IMG/VR virus record: IMGVR_UViG_3300037483_000324
Location: 1 to 43,109 of that record
Reading direction: 5' to 3' (one strand)
Source of the DNA: a virus
Lineage: Duplodnaviria; Caudoviricetes
Length of the DNA stretch: 43,109 bases
Shown here: positions 1 to 9,500 of the stretch, one piece after another
How the letters are laid out: each line of letters opens with the position of its first letter
Numbering within the stretch: position 1 is the stretch's first letter
The notes under the pieces: model-generated
Database searches by the model: none
The model's input: the letters and a program-made list of their open reading frames with translations, nothing else
Told to the model about the DNA's origin: nothing
Translations under genes and position numbers: made by a program

Positions 1-698
1 TGGATGCCTGGATTCAGAAAGCAGCCCAGATCGGGGCGGAAACCTACATTCTTAACCTGCTTGAGTTTAACGGTGAACTCTATGGCGGTACCGCGCCTAA
101 TGGTCTGCTTGTAAAATGGAACGGCGTTGAAAAGCGATACATCGAGTTGTTGATGGATCGGATTGCCGATGAAACAACACACGATTATTTTTTCGTCGAT
201 TGCGGTTTGACTTATAGTGGGCCTGCAGCGACTATCATTTCCGGGCTTGATCACCTTGAATATAAAGAAGTGGCGGTCTTGGCCAACGGTTCGGTATTAC
301 CGCGTAAGACAGTGGTCGGTGGCCAGATCACATTAGATAGCCCTGCTACGCTAGTTCACGTTGGATTGTCTTACGTGTCAGACTTGAAAACGCTGGGTGT
401 CGAGTTTGTAGATGAAAAAGGGACCGCTCAAAGCCGTTTAAAACTAATACCAAGAGTCGTTGTAAAATTACGCGATTCAAGAAACGCTTGGATTGGCCCG
501 GACGAAAACAGACTTATCGAGCTACGGATGCGTGATCAACTTATGGGCGAAGAACCGATTCCGCTTTTCACTGGTGATAAGGTTCAGTCGTTCAATGCTG
601 GTTATGATCGCTCTGGTGAGATTCTGATACGGAACGTTGATCCGGTACCGCTAACCGTGTTGTCGATTATACCGGAAGTGGAGCTTAGCGATGAGTAG
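1..698 (+). CDS. C-terminal part of tail nozzle / tail tubular protein B (continues from 40259..43109)
   Basis: Frame is open from position 3 (DAWIQKAAQ...NGVEKRYIELLMD...) and in frame with the tracked 147..698 ORF. KRYIE, FFVDCGLTY, ISGLDHLE..EVAVLANG, VHVGLSY and PLTVLSI are typical of BPP-1/epsilon15-type nozzle C-termini. Confidence 0.88.
   Translation, partial: DAWIQKAAQIGAETYILNLLEFNGELYGGTAPNGLLVKWNGVEKRYIELLMDRIADETTHDYFFVDCGLTYSGPAATIISGLDHLEYKEVAVLANGSVLPRKTVVGGQITLDSPATLVHVGLSYVSDLKTLGVEFVDEKGTAQSRLKLIPRVVVKLRDSRNAWIGPDENRLIELRMRDQLMGEEPIPLFTGDKVQSFNAGYDRSGEILIRNVDPVPLTVLSIIPEVELSDE
9..128 (+). repeat. Last 126-bp unit of second nozzle repeat array
   Basis: Identical to unit 7 of the first array (41561..) through ...AACGGCGT. 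Confidence 0.95.
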
Positions 699-1149
699 TT
701 TTTGTGTTAAAGAAGGAAATGATCAGGATGTTTATTCGTTGGTCGGCAGGTTGAGACAAGCAGACAAAGACGAATTGTTCGCTACAAACGGGCAAGATCC
801 GGATAAGACATTAGTTGAGTCATGGCAAGCGTCTAAATATCGGCGGGTAATGATTTACGAAAAACAAGTCATCTGCGCAATGGGGATTGTCGAGTTTAAT
901 CAAGACATCGGAATACCGTGGTTGCTTGGATCGGATGAAATATCCAGCGCTAAGAGACAGTTTTTAAAAGGTGTCAAAGAAGGTATCGATTTCGCTTCCT
1001 CTAAGTATCGATACTTGATTAATTTTATCGATATTCGCCAAAGTTCGGCCATTCGTTATTTTACGTGGATGGGTTGTAAATTTGAAGAACCGAAACCGTT
1101 CGGTTTTGAGAATCGGCTTTTTACAATGTTTATAAAAACGAGGGATTGA
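691..1149 (+). CDS. T7 gp13-like / GNAT-fold virion assembly protein (DUF2833-like)
   Basis: LRQADKDEL, GIPWLLGSD, LINFIDIRQSSAIRYFTWMGCKF motifs; directly after the nozzle gene as in T7-like gene order. Confidence 0.75.
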   Translation: MSSFCVKEGNDQDVYSLVGRLRQADKDELFATNGQDPDKTLVESWQASKYRRVMIYEKQVICAMGIVEFNQDIGIPWLLGSDEISSAKRQFLKGVKEGIDFASSKYRYLINFIDIRQSSAIRYFTWMGCKFEEPKPFGFENRLFTMFIKTRD

Positions 1150-1150
1150 C

Positions 1151-1732
1151 ATGGCCGCTCCTGTCGCCGTTATAGCTTTAATCGCCGCTAGTACGGCTAT
1201 TAAGATGATCGGGAATAGCTTGGAAACGAGTGCCCGTGCCGATGATTACGAAAATAAGGCTAATCTGTACGATGACACGGCAAAAATCAAGTTGGAGCAG
1301 GCCCGCATCAAAGAAGAGGAAGCAAAGCTTTCCATAGCGCAAGCAACCGATGCAACTCGTAGGGGTCGGATTTCAGAAAAGCGCCATCGAACATCGGTTA
1401 GAGGTTTGATCGGAGCGCAACGGGCTGCTTACGGAGCATCGGGCGTGGATGTCGGTTCCGGAATTGCTTATGACGTTCAGTACGAAACCGGTCGAACCGG
1501 CGACGCGGACGCCTTGACTATTCGCTATAATGCGGCAAAAGAATCGTGGCATTACAGCGTGGAATCCTGGCAGCGCGGTAAAGACGCTGATGTGCTTCGT
1601 ATGGAAGCCGCACAGGCTGAAAAAGCAGCCGAACAGACACGTAAAGCAGCTAAAAAAACCAGAGAGGCCGGAATGTGGGGTTTAGCCGGAACGCTATTAG
1701 GTGGTATTGGTCAAGGAATGGGAGCTAGTTAA
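1151..1732 (+). CDS. Internal virion (ejection) protein, T7 gp14-like
   Basis: Hydrophobic N-terminus, Ala-rich helices, GAQRAAYGASGVDVGSG motif, Gly-rich hydrophobic C-terminus; synteny. Confidence 0.75.
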   Translation: MAAPVAVIALIAASTAIKMIGNSLETSARADDYENKANLYDDTAKIKLEQARIKEEEAKLSIAQATDATRRGRISEKRHRTSVRGLIGAQRAAYGASGVDVGSGIAYDVQYETGRTGDADALTIRYNAAKESWHYSVESWQRGKDADVLRMEAAQAEKAAEQTRKAAKKTREAGMWGLAGTLLGGIGQGMGAS

Positions 1733-1733
1733 C

Positions 1734-3509
1734 ATGCCAATTATAAAAAAATACACGGAACGGGTAGAAGAAAGACCACTTTCAGGTCCGAGCGTATCTC
1801 AAAGATCGCAACAGCTCGTACCGGATGCGTACGGTTCCCCTATGGCTGAAGCCGGGCAGTATTTCGGAAAACAAGTTGAACGGTTTGGTGCAGGAATAGG
1901 TGAGTTGGCGCTTGGTCTAAACAAGTACCAGAAAACGGAGGCTGAAAAGTATGATCGGTCTGTCATTCGTCAGCGTGAAAGCGAAGATCGTACGTGGGCA
2001 AGAGAGTTTTTGACAAGTCAGTATGAAAACTATAAAGGCGAAAACGCTATAAAGGCTGCAGATGACGGCCTGTCTGTCTATGAACGAACAAAGCAGACGG
2101 TTGAAAAACACAAAAGGGAACGGTTAAAAAATCTTGATAACGAACAACAACGCTCCTTTTATGGTGTTATTTTTAACGACATCGAGCAACGCATGTTGGC
2201 CGATTCGACCGCTTGGGTAAGAAATGCCAATACCGAATTGGAAAAGCAATCCTACTTGGCTTCCGCCGAAAGTAAGTACGAAGACATTATTGCTAATCGG
2301 GACGACGACAAAAGGATAGCGGCTGATCTTGATTTGGCCGAAAGAGACCTTAAAAACTATCTTACTGGCGCTCCGGCTGAGTTTGTGGCTGTTGAACTTC
2401 AGAACTACCGCGATAAAGTACACTACGGTATCGTTCAATCTTACGTAAAAGAGAAAAACCCAACAAAGGCCTGGGAATACTTTCAAAGCAACCAGAAAGA
2501 CATTTCAGCACCGGTCAAGGCAGAAGCGCAAGAGACGCTAAAAAATGCGTCACTTGAATATGTTACTCGCCTAAAAACCAGGGAACTGCAGATTGATCCT
2601 AAATTTAAAACATTTAAAGAGAAACTGGACGCCGTAAACACTCTTCAGGCTGAAAACGTTGACAGCCTGGAACTGCAAAAAAGAGTTAAGGAAAAGTTGT
2701 TGGCAGATTATAGCGTTGAGAAACAGCTTAAAATCGATCAAGAACACGCTGTTTTTGAAACCAGCGTCGAGGCAATTAATAACACCAGGACTTACGCTGA
2801 AGCGCTGGAAATCGCCAGAGCCGCAAAAGGTTCCGATGAGCTTAAACTGCGCAAAATCGCAAATGACGTGTTTGGTTCGGGTGGGATTCAAACGGATTGG
2901 ACTGAGTATCGTGACCTGCAACTCATGCCCTATTCTGAGTTTATCGCCGTCGATCTTTTAAAATTCAGGCACGTGTTGGCCGACACTGAGTTTAAAGAAC
3001 TGGTTAGGATTCAGGCTAAAGAAAAGAACGATCAGAAGCCGGTGCGCGTTCGTACAAATTTGGCAATGGCAAATGACGCTCTTGAATCTGTTGGATTGTA
3101 TGAAGATAAAAAAAGCAGATCCCGGTCAGAGCAACGGGTTTCTTTTTTTGCTGATTTCGAAAGTAGATTAGATGAAATTCAAGAAAAAACAGGCAAGGAA
3201 CCAACAACAACGGAAGCTAAAGAGGCTATCAACGATTTATTGCTTGAATTTTACGAAAAAAGCAGGATTCCGGCCTGGGTTCCGTTCGTCGGTAAAGATG
3301 AGAAACTAAAATTCGAGATTAACGCTCCAGAAGAGCGAGCCGATACCGAATATGTACCGGCAGAGCGACCAGCAGAGTTGCCAAAAAACGCTAAATGGAA
3401 TTGGGGTTTAAACGGCTGGATGTTTGATTATGAAGGCAAGAACTATGTGCTTAAAAACAAAAAAGTGTATTTGATTCCGGGGGATAAATGGAAGGTCTCG
3501 TCGAGGTAG
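1734..3509 (+). CDS. Internal virion (ejection) protein, gp15 position
   Basis: Long helical charged ORF between the gp14-like gene and the giant ejection protein. ATG 1734 follows GGAG and the previous stop, so it is preferred over GTG 1701. Confidence 0.65.
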   Translation: MPIIKKYTERVEERPLSGPSVSQRSQQLVPDAYGSPMAEAGQYFGKQVERFGAGIGELALGLNKYQKTEAEKYDRSVIRQRESEDRTWAREFLTSQYENYKGENAIKAADDGLSVYERTKQTVEKHKRERLKNLDNEQQRSFYGVIFNDIEQRMLADSTAWVRNANTELEKQSYLASAESKYEDIIANRDDDKRIAADLDLAERDLKNYLTGAPAEFVAVELQNYRDKVHYGIVQSYVKEKNPTKAWEYFQSNQKDISAPVKAEAQETLKNASLEYVTRLKTRELQIDPKFKTFKEKLDAVNTLQAENVDSLELQKRVKEKLLADYSVEKQLKIDQEHAVFETSVEAINNTRTYAEALEIARAAKGSDELKLRKIANDVFGSGGIQTDWTEYRDLQLMPYSEFIAVDLLKFRHVLADTEFKELVRIQAKEKNDQKPVRVRTNLAMANDALESVGLYEDKKSRSRSEQRVSFFADFESRLDEIQEKTGKEPTTTEAKEAINDLLLEFYEKSRIPAWVPFVGKDEKLKFEINAPEERADTEYVPAERPAELPKNAKWNWGLNGWMFDYEGKNYVLKNKKVYLIPGDKWKVSSR

Positions 3510-6500
3510 GAACGTTAAGCGATTTGGGAGCTACTGACGATCAAGGTTTGATTGAAATTAAAGATCCTGATTTTCTGAAAAACCTGACTCCGAACCGGGC
3601 ATACCAAAACCTGGAAGCGGTTAGGGATATGGACCCGGACGCTGAAGCCCGCCGCTTAAATCTGTCAAAAACTTCCGGATTGTCCTGGTCCACTGTCCGC
3701 GCAAAAGAGCAAGCCGTTCAGCAACAAGTTTATTTCCCTGATATGCATACAATGCAATGGCTTGCCCCAGGGACCGTTCGCTATTTTACGGATCTGGCTA
3801 ACGCTGCAGTAAGTAAAGATGACGCTGAGAACCTGGCCAAGGTAGAATCGACATGGAGTAAAGTAAAAAAATCCTGGCAGGTGGGAACCCAAAACGTTGA
3901 AGGGGGAAAGCTCTATACTGAAAAACTGGTTCATGCGTTGGCCGGTACCGATAACCCGGAACTGGATAAAAAGATAGCGGCCTATGAAGCGAGTAGAATT
4001 AAACCTCCAGAAGATGATAATTTCATAGAAACAGGTTTGACGGCAGCGGCTGAAATGCTGCCAATCTTGAAAGAAACTGTGCTTTCGGGGCAGGCAGAGG
4101 GCCTAGCTTATGCGACTGCTTTCGGCGTAGGAGCCTTGGCACTGGGTCAAATGGGTCCGCAAGTCGCTCTTCCGGAAGAAGTTATAACTGTACCCGGTGC
4201 TGTAGCAACCGGTTATTTTGCCGGCGTTAAAGTCGGTTCGGCTAAATCTATTTTTCAGATCGAAGCAGGTTTGGCTTATCAGGAAATGGGAGAGATTAAG
4301 GATGAAACCGGTCAACCGATCGATTCGCGCATTGCTGCCGTTGCGTCAATCGGTATCGGTGGTGTTAACGCAGGATTAGAGTTTACCGGGCTTAAAGCCA
4401 TTTCTAAACTTATTCCAGGTGGTCAATACCTGGTCGGTCGTTTTATAGCGGAACCAGTTAAAAAAGCATTACAAAATCCGTCTGTCAGAGACGCACTGTT
4501 GGGTGTGGCTATAAAATATGCCGGTGCCGTTGGCACAGAAACGTGGACGGAAATGGCCCAGGAAGTTGTGACTATTTTAGGGACTGAAGTAGCTAAGACT
4601 GTCACCGAAGAAACAAAAGGAGCGGAATTCGGAGAGTCCGAAACAAACAATCTATCTAGGATTCTGGAAGCCGGTAAACAAGCGTTTGCCGCTACAGTAA
4701 CTTTAGGAATACCGGGAGTAACCGTCAGTTCTGCACATAGAATAAATCAAATCCAGAAAACACAGCAGTTTCAAGACCGTTTTACTAAATTGGCTGAAGC
4801 GGTCGAAGTAACCAAGACCAAACAACGAGATCCGGAACGGCTTGAAACATTTATCAACTCGATTGGAGCCAGTGAACCTGCCTATTTATCTGCCGAAGGA
4901 ATTCAAACGCTGTTTCAATCTGATCCTGAAAACGCGCAAACTCTTCTAAATCAGATTGCTGAAAATCCGGAACTCGCTCAAAAGGCTGCCATTGACGGTC
5001 AGGACGTTAAAGTCGATACCGCCAAAATCATGGCATTCATGACTCCTGAACAGCAAGAAAGTATTAAAATTGATCTTAAACCAGCTCCCAGTGCCCTATC
5101 GCCAAGAGAAATTCAAGATATTGATTTTAACGAAGAGCTTAAAAACGTTGAAGATTACTACAAAGAGATAGTGGAGGCCGAATCCACATTTCGCGATGAA
5201 ATGAATCAGCTACGCAAACAAGTAACAGATACGGGCTATTCTCCCGAATATGCGGATAACTATCTGCAAATTGTTGAGCGCTTTGTTGATCGAATGAGTC
5301 TCGAAGGTTTGAACAAGCAGGAATTCGTTAAAAAAATATCCGTGCAGTATCAGGGAGAAGTTATTGATCCAAACGGCATTCAGTACAATCAAGAAGGGTC
5401 GATCTTAACAGAATCTGAAGCATTTAAAAACTGGTTTGGCGAGTCTAAAGTAGTTAATGAAATTGGGAAACCTGTCGTCGTGTATCGTGGTGACACCGAA
5501 CCTGTAGAAACGTACAAAGAATCTAAATTAGAACAAGGTACGCAGCTATTAGGAGGTGGGTTTTACTTCGTCGATAACAGGATTGACGCTCTTGAATACG
5601 GAGTTAAAAACCCAATTAAAGGTTTTTCTGGCAGTAACACAAACGCATTTTACTTGAGCTTAAAGAACCCATACGTTATCGATGTTGAAGGCCGCAACAT
5701 AAGAGCAGTACAACCTGAAACGTCTGACTACGCAAGAGATAATGGGTATGACGGAGTTATTCTTAAAAACGTAATCGACGGTCGCGGTTTTGTTGTAAGC
5801 GGCACAAATAAACCTAAAACAGAATATATTGTTTTCAAACCAACTCAGATTAAATCGGTATTCAACCAAGGCACCTTTAATCCCAAAGATCCAAATATCC
5901 TTAAGCAGACAAAAGAACCTTTTAAAGTTCGTCAACTTTTTCAAAACGTCATGGAGAAGCTTGGTTTCTACTCAGATGTATTGCGTTCTGTCGAAGCTAT
6001 GGACTTTAAACAGATTCCGGGCAAGGAACTAGTTGCGCGATTGAAAAAGCTTCCAAGGGTAAAAAAAGAAGAGTTGGATCATTTGGGAATCATCGAATGG
6101 TTGGACGGTATTGAAGGGAAAGTGAGTAAAGAAGACGTTATCCATTTCATAGAACAAGGTGGAGTGCAGTTAGAAGAAATAGTTAAAGGAGAAAGCGGCC
6201 TTACGAAAGTATTCAGTGTGGATTCGCCGGAAGATCAAGATTTTTATAGCGTTTACGATGTACAAAATAACGAGCTTTTTACCGGTACTGAAAGAGAAGC
6301 AGACGTGTTTATTAGCGAATGGGAAGTGGATACCGGGAAGTATAAAAATTACACACTGCCGGGTGGTAAAAACTATCGTGAAGTGCTGTTAACTCTTCCT
6401 GAAACTAAGAGTGATTTTTCTGAAATTAAACGGCGGTACGACGAATTGGATAGCGCCTACCATTCGAGAACGCTTTCCGTTTCTGAAGAGAACGAGCGAA

Positions 6501-9500
6501 CAAGATTGTATAACAAGCTCGCAATGGGTGAACGCCCGGACAGCTACAAATCATCGCACTGGGATGAGTCTAACGTGCTTGCCCATTTCCGTCTCGACGA
6601 CCGTATCGATTCCGAAGGTCGAAAAACCTTGTTTATCGAAGAGATTCAGAGTGATTGGCACCAGGAAGGAAGACGGAAAGGGTATATAGATTTATTAAAA
6701 GCGAAAAAGATTGAACAGGAGTTTAGCCAGTACTCGAAAAAACTTGCAGAAAAGTACAATCTTAACCCGGCTCAAAATCTTACGATGTACGCAAGACTCG
6801 TAAACATGACAAGCGCTGAAGTTATAGAGTACGAACGGTTGCAGCAGGCTTGGGTATCAACAAAAAAAAGTACGCCCGATGCGCCTTTTAAATCGTCCTG
6901 GCCGCTTCTCGCCTTTAAACGAATTCTCCGCATGGCAGCGGAAGAGAGTTACGATTCTGTAGCCTGGACACCAGGAAACATTCAGGCAGATCGATATGAT
7001 TTAAGTGAACAGGTTGAGGCAATAGGATACGAGAAACGGGGTAGTCTATATAATATTAGCGTTTGGGATAAAAAAGAAAAGCGGGTTTATTCCAACCAAA
7101 GCGTTACAATACAGGACGTTGAAAATGTTCTCGGTAAGGAGATAGCCGATAAGATTCAAAAAGGAGAAGGTGAACTGGACGGAACCTTAACCTATTTAAC
7201 GGGTTTAGATCTTAAGGTTGGTGGCGAAGGCATGAAAGCCTTCTACGATAAGATGCTACCGAGTATCGTACAAGGATACATAAAAAAGCTTGATAAAAAC
7301 GCTAAAGTTGAAACCAGCAAGATTGACACGGGTAAAGGTGATCTTCCGGATTTAGGATTGCCGTCAGAAAGAGAGTATTTAGCGAGTCGTTTGAACGAGA
7401 GTGAATCTGTTGTCGCTTACGTAAAGCGTAAAGAAACGGAAACAAGAAAAAAAACCGTCTGGTATCTTCATCTTACTGATCAACTAAAAGAAAAAGTCTT
7501 GGCCGGCCAGGCCCTATTTCAACCTGCTACCGATCAACCCCGTGGCGGTGTCAACATTACCGATGAAAAACACTTGGTAAATATCTTCAGGAATAAAGAT
7601 CTTTCGACTTTAATCCATGAAACCGGTCATATTTTTCTTAAGGAAATGCGACAATTGTACCGGGTAAAGGACGTGTCGGATCAATTCAAACAGGACTATG
7701 AATTGCTGTTAAAATGGTTAGATTTAAAAGCCATTGACTATGATCGCTACGTTGAAATGGCTGGTATCGGATTGCTTAATTTAACCGAATCCCAACAAGC
7801 CGAATGGCGGGTTTTGGATAAAGACGTCCGGGCCAAACTGGAAAAGTTCGCCAAAGGTTTTGAAGTCTATTTAATGGAAGGCAAGGCCCCGACCGCTGAT
7901 CTGATCCCCGTATTCCAGCGGTTTAAAAATTGGTTATTTTCTGTCTATAAATCGGCTCTTGGGCTTGATGTTGAGCTTAACGATGAAGTACGAAGTGTGT
8001 TTGACCACATGTTTACGATCCGTCAAGAGGTTTTTAACGCCGCCCAGGTTAATGACATTACCCTGCCAACCAAATCAGAATTAGACGCTTTAGGGGTGGT
8101 AGCAGATGATAGAGCGTACATGCAGCGTCTCTATAAAAAAGCGATAGCTGACGCCGAAGAAGCGCTTCACAGAGAAAGAAACGCCAATCGTAGAGGTTCG
8201 ATAAAGACTTGGCGCACAATGGCGGAAAAGCAATATGACGAAGACCCCACCAATCGTTTTATCAAGTTTTTGTCGGAAGGAGTTGGCCTTTCGAAAGCTG
8301 ATTTGCTTGAAACTTTCGGAGAAGACGCGGTCGATCTAATAACGAAAAAACGGGTTCCACCTGTCGTTACAGAGAAAGGCATGGGATTGCTTGAAGCCAG
8401 TGTGATCGGCGGCTATCAAAATTCAAACGAAATGGTCAAAGCGCTAATCAATGTTCAGAAAAAAGAAGATTTCGTTAAAGCCTGGATGGCGGAAGAGGAC
8501 AAACGCCATGATAGTCTCTACAAGGCTGAAGACTTTATTGCCGGAACGGAAGCGTTTTCTGATTTTCTGGAAATAAAAAATAAATACCTGAAGCGTTCCC
8601 AGGGAGTACCAACCGAAGCTACTCCCTGGCGAGCATTCCAGGCATACGCAAAACAGCGATTCGGGTCGATGAAAGTAAAAGACGCGATCGCACATCATAC
8701 TTATTTAGCGGCTTACGCCAAACACTCGAAACTTGAAAAATCGAAAATAGGTCAAGGCAAATTCGGTGAAGCTGCAAAAGCCAACGAGACTACCCGGTTA
8801 AATTACGAAATGGCCAAGCAAGCCATCGCCAATCGAAAGGCGGTTGAGAAGACTGAAAAAGCCGTTAAACGACTTTTAAAATCTAAGGCGGTTACTGCGG
8901 ATACTCGGTATCAGCTATTTGATCTGGCGGCACGATTTGGCCTTGTGACTCGTCAAACCAGCGAAGATCTAAACGCTGCTTTAGCCAGAGTAAGAGAAGC
9001 GGTTCCGAAAGAAGATCGGGCTTTATTGATCGACTGGATTGACGCGAAAGCAGAGCAAGGGTACGAGATACAGCTACCAAGATTCATCCTTGACGCTACC
9101 AAGGTTCAAAACTACAAAGACCTTCCGTTTTCTGAATTTGAAAAGCTGGCCGAATCGTTTGATGTCCTTAGAACCATTGATCGAGAAGAACGTTTTTATA
9201 CGGCACTGGGGAAAGCAATCGAACTGGAAAAAGTTGTGGACGGACTGGAAACTCAACTGTTTTCCGCTGTCGAGGTAAAAGCTTTGAAACGTTTGGATGA
9301 AAGTGCGTTAAAATTGTTTTTCTCCGGGATGAATGCCGTTCATACGAAAATGGAATTCTTGCTTCGAAAGCTTGACGGCGGAAAAGTGAACGGCATCTGG
9401 TGGAATTATTTTTTCAAGCCAATCGCTGACGCTGAGAGCAACCGGGATGATCGACTAAAAGTAATCCGGAAAAAGTTGAAAAGCAAAGATCTGTTTGGCC

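Noticed and set aside
147-698. Independent 183-aa gene starting at TTG 147
   Set aside because: Frame is open to the window start and is the C-terminus of the nozzle gene beginning at 40259.
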